A stretch of 64,000 nt of DNA from Hypanus sabinus (GCF_030144855.1 NC_082720.1:22816001-22880000), one strand, 5' to 3'. Shown: positions 26,832-40,240, numbered from the stretch's first letter. Numbers and translations: made by a program. Notes: a model not told the origin generated them from the sequence alone.

Positions 26832-27598
26832 GGTTATTAACAGTCTAAATGTAGTTAAGAAGTGTATCCCCTGATATTTACACTTGGAAGTGTCTGTCGA
26901 AGGCAGCCACGATCCCTTTGGAATCATCTTGCCAATTACAGAATGATTTCTTCTGTAGGATCAAACAGAATTGATCAAATTCAAACAGTTCAACTAAATT
27001 TCAAAAAATCTAATCTTTCCATTCAAATTGCACATCAAAATGTGTAAAGTTGAATATCCAGTGAGACCCTTGGGGAGAAAATGGTGGTTCTCTAAATCAG
27101 AATCAGGTTTAATATCACTGACATAAGTCGTGAAATACTTTGTTTTCTGAAAACTGATATTCCAATGCTATAGCTAAAATCAAAATGAGGGGAAAGAATG
27201 CTGGAGATCTGAGCTGGGTCTTTGGGTGCCTGTGGGGAAAGGAGATGGTTTCACATTCACTAATGTTGTGTAAATGTGTCCAGCTCTGGAAGGGAGTGGG
27301 ATGATTCGGGAAGATGCACTTTTTCCTTTTGAAAGAACTGTTGATAGAATTACATACTTCCATTTTTCATAAGTCTGCACCCACAATGTCAGATTGACAT
27401 TCCAAATATTCTTGCCTCTTCCATTTTGCTGGCCAGGTGTCACGTTTTGTGCTTGTCCATTTCCACTGTTTTTTTATTAACATTCCCAATGAGTCTCTGG
27501 GCCAGGAAAGTGTTATAGTTCCCTGGGGCATCAGAAAGAAATGGGGGTGCTCATATCAGTTATCTGTACTTCATAGCACAGGTCATTATAGATCCTAA

Positions 27599-28557
27599 TG
27601 TAACCACTGGGGCCATGATCCACACTGTTACATAGCCCTTGGGTATCCTGTGACTGTGTTATGACCATGATGTAATTGAGTATCTTATGAGCATGATGTA
27701 ATTGTCTTGTGATGGTGGGGTGATGTAATTTTCCCACCAGTGTGAGATCACATAATGTAATTTTCCCCCTGGTGTGAGGTCCTGTGATGGCATGTTCCAG
27801 TAGGTATATAAGGGGATCCCCTGTTGTCATGCGGGTAGTTCGTTGGTTACTTCGTTAGTTAGTTTTGCTGCATATTCGTCTCATGACACAGTTTCATTTT
27901 AAAGTGGAGTTTTTACTTTCTATTTTAAGGTGCAAAACCTTTGTGCTGGAAGTTTTGCCAATTGCTGCCAGTTCTGGTTTGGTGCACATTTGATTTACCT
28001 CCACAGTCTTGTTTTGGAGAGTGATGACTTTACCGAAGTACGGGAACCCAAAGAATTGAGTAAAGTTGGTGTCAATCGGTGGATTTGTAAAGGATCAACC
28101 TTATTGAATCTTTGTTTATGAATTGTGGCCTGCATCTGAGATAACCCCTGCAAGATCAGGAAGGTTTGTGCAGTGTTCACCCTCCAGCAAAAAGGTCAGT
28201 TCCTTTAAGCCGTTTCATTTCCTTTGTCGTGAATCCTTTGGACAAGGCATCACTCATCTGTGATCAGTAGTAACATCACATCTTCAAAGAGATCATTTTT
28301 CAGGGAAGTCTCTCCTTACTGACTGTATAAATCACTTCGTCTTTCGAATTAGCCTCTTTAAGACTGTGCTCAAATTTACCACTTTAAGAACTATTCCAGA
28401 GTTTGGCTGTTTGTTAAATTGCCATATAGCAGTTAACTTCTGGTTAAGTTAGTCGTTTGTTTACTGTTCACTTTTGTTGAGCAGAGTTTAATAACTGTTT
28501 ATGTTTGTTTATAAAACCTGACTCAATTCTATATTCATTGTTGCCAACCACATAACA
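27599..28557 (+). mobile_element. Probable solo LTR (about 960 bp)
   Basis: TGTAAC...ATAACA termini; repeated gatgtaatt motifs upstream of TATATAA at 27805; no TSD found. Confidence 0.55.
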
Positions 28558-29689
28558 ACAGTAATTGGATTTTGGTCACTTTCTAATACAAGGAAGTTCA
28601 AAACTGAAGCCCTTTGTTTAAGCAGTCGTCTTCTGAAGAACCAATGAAGACTTGTGGTAACCTGCAAAATTTATTGGACTGAGAGTTTCTTTGGTGCCCC
28701 CAATCGTCTGTAGTTGTTTCTTTCCCTTACCTCTTGTTTCAGTCTGCATCCTCCCTTAATACTTGTGTCAGTTTGGCTAGTCTGATTACCAAGATGTAAA
28801 GGACTCCATAGCAGAAGAGTAGAAGCCAAAACTTCTACTAAACAGAATCCTTCATTTGCAAAATTAAAAGATGTAAGCGGAAATACTTGGAGTATATCTG
28901 GGGACTCAAGGAGCCTCTCAATGTTGTATTCATCCCGTTAAGACATTGAAAGCATCAGCTCATGGTCACTTCTGTGAAGAGCTTTACAAGTGGTATGTTT
29001 ACATAAACATCCACTTTTAAACATGCTATATAATCACACCCAATCTAATGCATGGACATCCTAGAAGCTGAATTCCAAAGATTTGCTACCATTTAGCGAA
29101 GCTGTTCCTTTCCATGTCGAACTTGAATGACTGGCTCTTTATTTTGACACTGTGATCCTGGCTTGAGATACTTCCGCCCACCAGGGAAAGCAACAATAGT
29201 GTCTACTCTTTAATTAACTCTGGAAAAAGTTTCTATGTTACAGCGACCACAGCCTTGACTCTACAGAATGTCAAATCTCCTAAGATATAGATTCTCAAAA
29301 AATAAAGATGTTGGCTAATTCCAGTTGTTGGAAGTGTAAGTTATGATTGATGGATAGAGGGAAATGGTACAAACTGTAAACACTTTTCACCCAAAGACCA
29401 GCCAGGAAGCACTTTACAAAACAATAACAGGGTGTTACCTGCACTGGTGTTGGGGAAGCAAGTTTCCACAGAAAGGGGAACAAGAATCAAAAAGAACCTT
29501 CTCTGTATTTACTTTGCTCAAGTAATTTGGTTTTTCTGGCAAACATCATTGGATTTTGTCCATTTTCAACAGTTCATTTTGCAAAGTTGTGTTGACAACG
29601 TATTTAAAAGGACAAAACAAGTTGTTAATCTATGAAATCTACATTTCCACGAACAAAGGAATACCAGTCATCAGAAAAGGGAGCTGAAA

Positions 29690-31150
29690 ACTGAGACACG
29701 AGCATCCCAGGTAATGAGAAATATCAAACAACACACACAAAATGCTGGTGGAACACAGCAGGCCAGGCAGCATCTACAGGGAGAAGCAATGTCGATGTTT
29801 CAGGCCGAGACCCTTCGTCAGGACTAACTGAAAGGAAAGATACTAAGAGATTTGAAAGTAGTGGGGGGGGGAGGGGGAAATGTTAAACGATAGGAGAAGA
29901 CCAAAGGGGGTGGGATGAAGCTAAGAGCTGGAAAGGTGATTGGCGAAAGTGATACAGAGCTGGAGAAGGGAAAGGATCATGGGACGGGAGGCCTCGGGAA
30001 AAAGAAAGGGGGAGGGGGAGCACTAGAGGGAGATGGAGAACAGGCAGAGTGATGGGCAGAGAGTGAAAAAAAACAAACAACTAAGTATGTCAGGAATGGG
30101 GTAAGGAGGGGCATTAACAGAAGTTAGAGAAGTCAATGTTCATGCCATCTGGTTGGAGGCTACCCAGCCAATATATAAGGTGTTGTTCCTCCAACCTGAG
30201 TGTGGCTTCATCTTGATAGTAGAGGAGGCCAAGGATAGACATATCAGAATGGGAATGGGATGTGGAATTAAAATGTGTGGCCACTGGGAGATCCTGCTTT
30301 CTCTGGTGGACTGAGAGTAGGTGTTCAGCGAAATGGTCTCCCAGTCTGCGTCGGGTCTCACCGATATATAAATGACCACACCGGGAGCACCAGACGCAGT
30401 ATACCACACCAGCCGACACACAGGTGAAGTGTCGCCTCACCTGGAAGGATTGTCTGGGGCCCTGAATGGTTGTGAGGGAGGAAGTGTAAGGGCAGGTGTG
30501 GCACTTGTTCCACTTACAAGGATAAGTGCCAGGAGGGAGGTTGGTGGGAAGGGATGGGGGGGACGAGTGGACAAGGGAGTCGCGTAGGGAGCGATCCCTG
30601 TGGAAAGCAGAAAGAGGGGGGCAGGGAAAGAAGTGCTTGGTAGTGGGATCCCTTTGGAGGTGGTGGAAGTTACTGAGAATTATATGTTGGACATGGAGTC
30701 TGGTGGGGTGGTAGGTGAGGACAAGGGGAACTCTATCCAGAGCGGGGTGGCGGGCGGGTGCGGTAAGGGCAGGAAATGGGAGAGATGCGTTTGAGAGCAG
30801 AGTTGATGGTGGAAGAAGGGAAGCCCCTTTGTTTAAAAAAGGAAGACATCTCCTTCTTCCTGGAATGAAAAGCCTCATCCTGAGAGCAGATATGGAGGAG
30901 ACGGAGGAATTGTGAGAAGAGGATAGCATTTTTGTAAGAGACAGGGTGGGAAGAGGAATAGTCCAGGTAGCTGGGAGAGTCTGTAGGCTTACAGTAGATA
31001 AGCTGTCTCCAGAGATGGAGACAGAAAGATCAAGAAAGTGGAGGGACGTGTCGGAAATGGACCAGGTAAATTTGAGGGCAGAGTGAAAGTTGGAGGCAAA
31101 GTTAATGAAGTCAACAAGCTCAGCATGTGTGCAGGAGGCAGCCCCAATGC
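29690..31150 (-). mobile_element. Penelope-like element: RT end, GIY-YIG endonuclease and terminal repeat
   Basis: ORF 30114-30929 (271 aa) contains VVYCVWCSRCGHLYIGETRRRLGDHFAEHL...EQHLIYWLGSLQPDGMNIDFSNF. Confidence 0.93.
29789..29826 (-). ncRNA. Minimal type I hammerhead ribozyme motif in the Penelope terminal repeat
   Basis: Minus strand reads agtc CTGACGA agg-gtctcgg-cct GAAA ca TC gac: both catalytic boxes, stem II and a short stem I (gtc/gac); stem III is vestigial. Confidence 0.7.
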
Positions 31151-32539
31151 AGGCAATGAAGGAGAAATATCAGGTTGTTAACCAACCACTCAGGAACAGG
31201 GAACAAATTCAAAATCTAAATTACAAACTTTCCAATAATCTGCAAGTACTGACTGATTGAGCAGAATTCACCTGTGCTGCCCTCTGACTGAGGTGCTTGC
31301 TGGCTTCGGCCGTGACCTCAACACTTTTCTGATACATTTCCTTTTGCTTGCACTTGAGTCCAAACTTCTGTCTGACTCAGCCTTGAAAGTGTTCAGGGTC
31401 GGGGTCCACAGCTCCTTGGAGCAGAAAATGGAAACATGCACAACATTCTGTAGAAGAAATGACTCCCGTTCATGACCCAGATTACCCCAGGGAGGAAATC
31501 AATTTTAGTATATCTATTTTGTCCATCTCCCTCGAATCACCTTTTATTCTTTCAAATTCCAATCCACACAGGCTCAATCTGCTCAATCATTCCTCCAAAG
31601 AAATAGTCTGGTGAGACTTTATTGAGCCATTTCCAAAGCTGGAACATCTCTTGTTAGGGCCTAAATTCTACATAGCACAGGTGTTTAATCAGTCTGAAAG
31701 TGACATAAGCCCAAAGTTCTTGCATTCTTAATTAAAAGAACCATTTTTACAGTCGGGACTGAAAGGATCACAACAAGTGTGTTGAACATCTCCTAGGCCT
31801 CTGATTATCATTAACATGGGGCCTATGTTCTGTTTTGTATGAAAGCCCTGGATGCTATTTAAAACCCAGACTCATCGGTCAGGAGGTGTGTCTAATCTGT
31901 TGCATGTAGAATGCTTGTCACGAGTTTGGGTCTGATTTACCAAATTTGTATGCTTTTCCTCATTGTCACTGTTTCATTTCTCAAAATAATGAGTAGAGAG
32001 TAAAAATAGTGGCTTCCTCTTCTCTGCTACTTCTTCTCATGGTCAAACTAGAAAGTGAAACTAGAAACTCAATGCTAACTTACACTTCACTGGAGTAAAG
32101 GTGTAGAATATTTTGCACACAAGTAGATGTCAATGTTTCAAACATTTTTCCATCAGTTAATAGATGTTAAAGGGAATTATCTGCAGACAATTGTGCTGTA
32201 GATGAACACTGAGCATAACCTTATGTAGCAGACTGACAATATATTGCACAATTCAGAAATACGACTTATAACAACAAGTAGGATACCAAACTGAGAAAGA
32301 GAAGTAAATTTAATGATTATTACCTTAATGTCTTCCTCTTTTAGATCAGTTCCCAGTGCTGAAACATTAAGTCATCCAGGATACAGTCAGTAAAAACTGA
32401 ATAACTGCCAGCAGCCTTCAGGCATCAAACCAGCCGTATTAATACAGCTTCTGTTCAACTAGGTAACATGGTAACCCACTTAACAAATTTAATGTGAGTT
32501 GGAACAAATTGTAAACTTTTCTTAAAAATAAATATAAGT

Positions 32540-33270
32540 ACTGTTGCTATCAAGCTGAAATGAAAGAGAATAATGCTGGAAATACTCAGCAGTTCAGGCA
32601 GCATCTGTGGAGAGAGAGAAAAATAGTTATGTTCCAAGTCAATGATCTTTTACCACGACTGGAATAAGTTGAAAAGTTTCAACCAAGTTCAAAGTTATTG
32701 AGTAAGGGGAGGAATGGAAAAAACAAAGAGAATGCCTGTGCTGGGATGGAGACCAAGAGAGAAGACCCTCTCTAGCACATTCAGCTCAAGAACATTCAGC
32801 GCCCATTATTGAGAGACTCCATACAGCAAATGCAGAAACTCACGGGTGCCTCTTCAAAGTTAGTCCCTTCCATTCAAACTTCACAATATGGTCTACTCTA
32901 TACTGGGGAAACCAAACCCTGGATTCAGTAACTGCTTCATAGACTCAGTCCACAAAGACAACTCTGAGCTTCCAGTTGCCTGTCACCTTACATCCCTGTC
33001 CCACTCAGTCTTTGGCATCTTTCACCGTTCCAATGACGCTCAAGATAAGATTGGGGTATGACATCTCGTCTTCCAATGACACACGTTATGGCTGCAGGCT
33101 TTAAAACTAAATTCAACTATTTCAGATATTCAGACTTTCCAGTTTGTATCAGAATATCTGAATTAATGACAGCGACTCTTTACACAGATACTGCCCAACC
33201 TGAACATTGACAAAATATTCTGATTTTACTTTGGTTTTCCAACATCTGCTGTGTTTTGCATCTTCCGTCT
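32540..33270. mobile_element. Degenerate Penelope fragments (tail on minus about 32540-32660; GIY-YIG region on plus about 32760-33270)
   Basis: gctggaaatactcagcag..ggcagcatctgtgg; ctctatactggggaaaccaaac...cagttgcctgtcacctt. Confidence 0.65.
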
Positions 33271-33989
33271 TCAGAATAGTTTACCCTCAGTTCAGGACTC
33301 TCAGTTTAAGAGCATCAATGGCAGAAGAGGCTGCGACCACCACGACTCATTCACTAATGGCTGCTGATCTGTGCAGGGAGCTGGGAGTTAACAGAATTGG
33401 TGCATCTGGAGTCAGACTGAGGAAGGATGGTGAATTTCCTTCCCTGAAGCATATTAATGAATCAGATGAGGTTTTGTGAAAACTCCAGTTTCACGATTTC
33501 TGTTACCAACTTACGCTTTCTCTTAAAACCCTATATTTATGCTGTTGATTGAATCCAAACTTCTATCTGCTATAAAGGAGTTGAACTCGTGCCTCTGGAT
33601 ATATTGTCCTGAACACTGCTTGCCAGCCAATAACCTAACCATCAGCTACCCAGTAAGGAGAGGAAGAGATACTTCAGCTGAGTCCAGGTGTCCTTGTTAA
33701 TTCTCTACAAAATCTATTCACCAGGAATGAGTAGCTTGGAAATTGGCACTCCTGAACACAGCCTGATGTCAGACAGAGAGCGCCTGTATCAAGGTTTCTG
33801 TGTTGGGCACTTGAGGTCCATATGAAGTCCAACAGGGGAGTGCACACTGGCCCAGATTGCTCAGTGTTCGGGCTGGATACCTGGTTCAAGTCTAATAACC
33901 ACTGATTCCAATGGAGAAGCAGCTACAGATAGAAAGGTGAGCACAGGTTAATTTTCTTCTTGATTTAATTCAGTGGACTTCAGTGACCT

Positions 33990-35310
33990 CTGGCCTGGAT
34001 TGCTTTATATTCACAATGGATGTCCATCCCCTATACATCACCATCACCTGTCAAGAAGACCTTAAAGTTCTCCACCTCTTTCTAGACAACAGACCAAATC
34101 TGTTTCTTTCTAGCCCCCACCTTCCCTCTTCATACAGAACTGTTCCTCACCCTCAACAATTTCTCTTTTGTTTCCTCCCACTTTCCCCAAGACAAAGGTA
34201 TAACTATGGGCACTTGCACGGGTTCCAGCTACGCTTGTCTTTTCATCAGCTACAAGGAGGACTACACATTACAAACCAACACTAAGGACATGGACAACTG
34301 CATTGGTATTGTTTGCTGCAGCCGCTGATAACTTTATTCCTTTTCTCAATCTTGCTGTCTCCATTTCCGGAGTCAAACGATCAACTGGTGTTACAAACCT
34401 GGTGACTCTCACAGTGACAGCATCTTGAGTATACTTCTTCCCACCCTGTCACTTGTAAAAACACTATTCCCTTCTCTCTGTTTGTTCCGACCACATTTGT
34501 TCTCAGGATGATGTTTTTCATTCTAGAACATCTGAGAAGTCCTCCTTTTATAAAAAAAAATGGTGTTTCCTTACTACCAACATCAATGCTGCTTTCACCC
34601 CATCCTCCCACTGTCGTAACAGTGATAGTGTCCACCTGGCCCTTCTCTACCACCCCATGAGTTTCTATAAGCATTACATCCCTAACCCTAATGACTGCCA
34701 TTTCTGACTGGATTCTGGAATCGAGCACATCTTTCCATCCCATCTCTCCCCCCACTTCTCTGTTTTCCATGGGGATCCTCTCTACTCCACTCCCAAGTAC
34801 ACTTGTCTCAACACTAATCTTCCTCCTCGCACTTATCTCTGCAAGCACGTCAAGTGCTACACCTGCCCCTACACTTCTTCCCTCACCACCATTCAAAGCT
34901 CCAAACACTTCTTTCAGGTTTGGTGAGACTTCACCAGTGAGACTGTCAGGGACACCCTTTGTATCCGGTGTTCCCAGTGCAGCCTCTTCTGCATCAGTGA
35001 GACTGCATGCAGATCTGGGGACAACTTTGTCAAGGATATTTGTTCTCTCTGCTGTCAGACACATGATATCCCAGTGGCTACACATGTCAGTTCGACTTCC
35101 CATTGCCATTCTGTCATGTCTGTCCATGGCTTCTTTACTGCCATGATGAGATCAAACTCAGGCTGGAGGAGTAACACCTCATATTCAATGACGTTGGCCT
35201 CCAAGTTATGAACACTTATTTCTCCATGTTATGGTAATTTCCGCCCCACCTCTTTCTCCATTCCTGATTTTGGTTAATCCTTCCCTTCACCTCCCTATCA
35301 TCTCCGTCTG
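33990..35310 (+). mobile_element. Degenerate Penelope-like element (RT plus GIY-YIG)
   Basis: Collinear with the reverse complement of 29690-31150 (atcagtgagactgcatgcagatctggggacaactttg; gatgagatcaaactcaggctggaggag). Confidence 0.85.
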
Positions 35311-35319
35311 ACTCACACT

Positions 35320-35868
35320 GACAAAAAAACCCACATAATTATAACACAGTTACAGCAAAGCAAAGCAATACCATAATTTGATAAAAGCAGACCATGGGCA
35401 CGGTTAAAAGAAAAAGTCTCAAGTCCTGATAGACTCCAATAGTCTCGATATCAGCCAGCAAAAAGGGAGAAACTCTCCCTGCTATAAACTTCCAGGCACT
35501 GACAACTGATACCGTGGAAGCACCCGACCACAGGAGACTGATTCAGTCCAAAAACTTCGAGCCTCCGACCAGTCCCTCTGATACAGCCTCCCAAGCGCCA
35601 TCCTCTGCCAAGCACCTTCGACCTTGTCCTGGCTGCCAAAGCAAGCAAAGCTGAGGTCTCGGAGGCCTTCTCCTCCGGAGATTCCGGACCGCACAGTAAC
35701 AGCGGCAGTGAAGCAGGCTTTTCAGAAGTTTCTCCAGATGTCCCTCCACGCTCTCATGTCTGTCTCCATCAAATCAGGATTATGCACAGATCCCTACTTA
35801 ACAAGTAACAGGTATCAATCTCCAGAGAGGCCGCGCGCACTGCGTCATGCCGCCATTTTCTCCTCCTT
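35320..35868 (-). mobile_element. CpG-rich non-autonomous retroposon or LINE 5' UTR
   Basis: Minus strand starts ggaggagaaaatggcggcatgacgcagtgcgcgcggcc and ends in a T-rich tail; no host exon signals. Confidence 0.45.
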
Positions 35869-37105
35869 CTCAGTAGCCGCAATAGCCACGGTCAATGCTT
35901 CTCAACAAACCAGTGACAACCAGAGGCGCTCTACCCATGGACGACCACGACTGACAGAGGCCTCACATCCCGGTATCGTTAGCCCAAATTGACAAAATGT
36001 TTCACTCAGTCCCTGATTCAACATTACAACCATACCAAGGGATTTGGTCGAGTTATTTTCTGTGTAATGTATAGTGAATGGACTTTCAGTGGATGAACCA
36101 CCATTTCATCCAATGAACCAAGAAACAGGATGGTGAGTCACCCAAGATCGAGGAACCAGCACGGGAATGGAATGTTTCACGATGTGGAGGATTTAATACG
36201 GTTGGATGTATAAATTTATTTTTCATTCGATGGATCTGATTTGATTTATTGAAGAACTAATTATTTTTGTAAGAACTTTGATAAGTGACTGAATGAGGTT
36301 TAATTTGTTTAAAAGTTGTGATGTTGGAGAATTTGTTGTGAAAAGAGTTAAGCTGCATCCATATATATTTGGGATTGAATTTGAATTTGTAGATATACTG
36401 AACTGAACTGAAACTGAGGTTAACCATAATACTTGAAAATAGGAACTCAATGAGCTTCCTAACTAACTAGTGATAAATCAAATGCCAAATGTTAGTCAGT
36501 AAACCTTTGAAAAGGGAATAACATTAGATCAAATGAGAGAAAATGGAGTAATAAAGGTTATTCTATTGAATCTCACAGATTCTAACTAAAAAGGAATTTG
36601 GTTTCCATTTGATATCTGAGATTTGGAACCTAATGTAACGCCTATGTAGAACTTGTCTTATCCCATGTGATTGAGCCAAGTCAAATTACATAATCCTACA
36701 CCAGGTGCTGGTGGGCCATCAGAAGCTCTAGGTATCAAAAAGAGGCAGTGAACAGGAAACACACACCTCTGGGGGTAAATTTTATTTATAGAAAACAGCA
36801 ATATATATATATGAAATATTTACATGAGAAAGAACAATTCAAAATTTCAACAGAGATGCTCAGTTTTTTTTGTAATTCCAATGGTACATCTCCTCTGTCT
36901 ACGTTTGTAAATGCCTGTTGAAGTCAGCCTTGATCAGATGAAAATCATCATAACTTTTCAGTTATGTGGTGATTTGTTACTTTGATGACATAGCAGGAGT
37001 CCAGAAGAAAGGATTTTGTTTCCATAAACAAAAAATTCAGGCTTTCTTTCCAGTTCATAACTTTTCTGTAAAGTTTAGCACTAACTCTGGTTTCTACACA
37101 CTCAC

Positions 37106-37228
37106 TTGGGATGGGTATTTCAGTCAACATATGTGGTCAATCTTTGTTTCAGTATGGGAAGGCCTTCCTGTGGACATCAAGGTGATTGCTGCAAGGGTAT
37201 GGCATCTCTAATGGGCTTGGTGTTGTTC
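37106..37228 (-). pseudogene. Candidate decayed TIM stalk exon
   Basis: gaacag|...|gtgagt, 123 nt, phase 1->1: GTTPSPLEMPYPCSNHLDVHRKAFPY*NKD*PHMLTEIPIP. Confidence 0.35.
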
Positions 37229-37257
37229 CTGTTCAGACAGATGGAGGATGTGCCTGA

Positions 37258-37474
37258 TGATGCACCATCAATAACTCAGTCTGAGACGAAAGGCCAGATA
37301 TTGGCTTTTATTGACTGGAAGAAGGAACAAACAGTGAGTGACCACCATACTACATCCTGGAGACTGAGAGGCCGGGTTCAGGCCTCAGATCGCCTTCATA
37401 CCGGGGTCTGTGGGAGGAGCCACAGGAGCAGTCAGCAGGGGGAGTGTCCAGACAGGTATATGTAGTTCACCACA
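37258..37474 (-). mobile_element. Small solo LTR (217 bp), same family as 26619-26831
   Basis: TG...CA termini and a perfect 5-bp TSD (CCTGA). Confidence 0.88.
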
Positions 37475-38329
37475 CCTGAGTGACACAAAAATGCAGAACT
37501 CTGATGAGTGAACCTTAGATGCTGTACTAGAACTACATAGACTGCAGTTCATGGTGAAATAATGAGCAAAGGCATCACTTTTGCATAATAAGCAAACCAC
37601 CTTTACCAAAATTGTTGTTTTTTTGCATATTTACCAATGAATCTGAAGAAAGAATATAATGTGCAATTCACTCACTGACAGATGTTCATTTATAATCAAA
37701 TTGAAGTAAATCTCAACATGTAGAAAAATGAATTTTTTTCACTCAAATTGCAAGTGATACTGGGAACTGTGACTGAAGAGTGAAACTTTAGGGTGCAAGT
37801 TCATAGTTCCCTAAAAGTGTGAGCACAGGTGGGCAGAGAGGTAACAAATGTGTGTAGTATGAAAATATATATTTTGACCAGAGAATAGAGGAAATGGGAA
37901 TAAGCTGTTAACGAGCTTCACCCTTTTACAGAAAGTACTTTGTTGAGTACAAACATGGTCTTATCTACACAGGGGAAACATGAGAGTCACATATCTAACC
38001 TTTGTAATTGCTTTGCTCAAATAAAGCATTTTACTTCAAATAAATATCATCATCACATTGAGTGAAATGTGAAGAGCAACTTTATACAAATATCTTAACA
38101 AAATGTTTTGAATATTAAATATTAATTTGTCACTTACGTTTCCACTTGCAAAGCAGCACAGTGATGGAAAGAAAAGAGACGAAAACTGAGGCACGAGCGG
38201 TCCAGCAAAGAAGAGAAATCAGGTTGTTCACAAGCTCAGCAGAAACCTGAAACAGAGAACAAGACCTATTTTCTCAGCTTTAAATTTAAAATGAGCGAAC
38301 TGCAAGCACTGAATAATACCGACATGGCT

Positions 38330-38490
38330 TCCTTAAAGCCTGCGTGGACAGCGTAGACTGTAGCAAAGAGATATTAAAGATATCCATTAAGATGTCTGTT
38401 AGCTGGGGCAGAGAATCCCTCAGCACCCGGCAGCTTTGTGTGGATTTACCCTGGCTAGCATCCTCCTCAACTTGGCTGTGGTCACACTGG
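38330..38490 (-). mobile_element. Rex1-type RT fragment
   Basis: RRMLARVNPHKAA...RVLRDSLPQLTDILMDIFNISL. Confidence 0.7.
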
Positions 38491-38517
38491 GTTGCAAAAA
38501 GAGATGGAAATGAGCCA

Positions 38518-38588
38518 TTAGGAAAAGGCAATAGTGAACTGTTCACGATGGTCAGGTTGGAAGAACTGATCTTCATTTTCTATTTCTG
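38518..38588 (-). CDS. Candidate terminal coding exon of the TIM-like gene
   Basis: Strong acceptor (catttcacag|), phase 1: (A)EIENEDQFFQPDHREQFTIAFS-stop. Phase-compatible with exon 39339-39401. Confidence 0.4.
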
Positions 38589-39338
38589 CTGTGAAATGTT
38601 GACAAATAAGAGAATGTGAGACAGCTGGAGCTGTAATCTGTTCTGAAATGTAATGGAACCCAACACAAGTCTTTTAGAGATGATGGACATAAATTATCTA
38701 CAGAAGAGCAGATCTGCTGGACGGATGCTCAGGAATTCGTGGGAAACATAGAAAACCTACAGCACAATACTGGCCCTTCAGCCCACAAAATTGCGCTGAA
38801 CGTGTCCTTACAAAGAAGTGCCGGCTGTGCATGACAATATCATGGAGAATGCTCCAAGAATGTAAATGCTGTAAGAAAGATGAATTATTTCCCAAGTTAA
38901 ATCTAATACAGGTATATCCATCCTTGTGGCTATTAGTATCATTGATTGTACAATAAACCCTGACACACAAATGAAACATTTGCTTTGCTCAGTCCTCAAC
39001 GCTTCAGTTCAAAAAATTCACCTGACCTTCATGCACTGAGCCCAGATGAAAACTCACAGTTTACACACACAAATGCATGAGCATAAAGGGTCTTTCCTGG
39101 TTGGCTGCCAGTGACTACTGGCATTCCAAAGGTTCATTTTATTGTCAGAGTATTCATGTACGATGCAACTCCAATATGGGTCTTTTCCAGATAGTCAGGA
39201 AATGCAGAAAAACCACGGGTGTCATTGAAAGAAAAGACAATAAACCCCCTCCCCACATGAAATGGAAAAATGAACAAAGCTGTCAGACCCCAAACCCCTC
39301 AGCCCTTCCCTCACAGAAAAAAGTAACAATTTGCTCAC

Positions 39339-39401
39339 CTGGAATACGGCAGCCGGAACAACAAAAACAACACCCATGGTTTTTCTGTATTTCATGGCTA
39401 T
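39339..39401 (-). CDS. Candidate Cys-rich exon of the TIM-like gene
   Basis: cttctctag|...|gtgagc, 63 nt. Phase 1 reading: DSHEIQKNHGCCFCCSGCRIP. Phase 0 is also open: IAMKYRKTMGVVFVVPAAVFQ. Confidence 0.5.
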
Positions 39402-39669
39402 CTAGAGAAGACGAATATCAGAGTTGCATTGCACATGCATACTTTGATAATAAAATAACCTTTGGAATGCCAGAACTTAGAAAGTTCTACTTTTTTGTAG
39501 AAAAAGTTAAATAATTGAAGAGATTGTCTACCTGGAATATGTTGCCTGAGAAATCGTTTGCTGGCACCATCTTGACTTGAAGTGTTGGGTGCAAAGAGAC
39601 ATGGGAGTCCTAATGTAGGATCATAAATTTTAACTTTCAGTTTGAGTCAGTGATGAGGAAAGAAATGCA

Positions 39670-40240
39670 GTGTTAGCAATTAATTCGAGTGAACTGGAAT
39701 ATAAAGCCAGAATGTAATGCTGAGCTTGATAAGGTGTTTGTCAACATATTTGGAATCTTGTGGGCACTTTTGGGCCTCATATCTAAGGAAATATATGTTG
39801 GCATTATCGAGAGTCCAGAGGAGGTTTACGAGAATTATCCAGGAATGAAAGGCTTGATGTATGAGAAACATATGATGGCTCTGGGTCTGTACTTGCTGCA
39901 AGTTTAGAAGAATAAGTTGAGATCTCATTAAAACCGACTGAATAGTGAAAGGCCTGAATAGAGTGTAAATGGAGGGGATGTTTCCAGTAGTGCGAGATTT
40001 GAAGACCAGAAGGCACAATCTCAGAATAAAAATGACGTCCCTTTAGAGTAGAGATTAGTAGGAATATTTTTATCTGTAGGGTGGTGAATCTGGAATTCAT
40101 CATCAGAGATGGCTGGAGGCTAAGCCATGGTATATATTTAAAGTGGAGGTTGATATATTCTTGATTAGTAGGAGTGCAAAAGGCTACAGACTTGAACGGC
40201 CAAATTCTGCCAATTCTGCTCCTGTCTTCTTGTTATGGTC
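39670..40240 (+). mobile_element. CR1-type LINE 3' fragment
   Basis: Frame gives EEVYENYPGMKGLMYEKHMMALGLYLL; tail ttatggtcttatggtc. Confidence 0.8.

Noticed and set aside
27670-27765. Four spaced gatgtaatt repeats resembling a CRISPR array
   Set aside because: Repeat is only 9 nt with irregular spacing, inside a eukaryotic LTR promoter region; no cas genes.
31270-31420. Open minus-strand frame bounded by splice-like sites
   Set aside because: TLNTFKAESDRSLDS is a CR1 ORF2 tail remnant.
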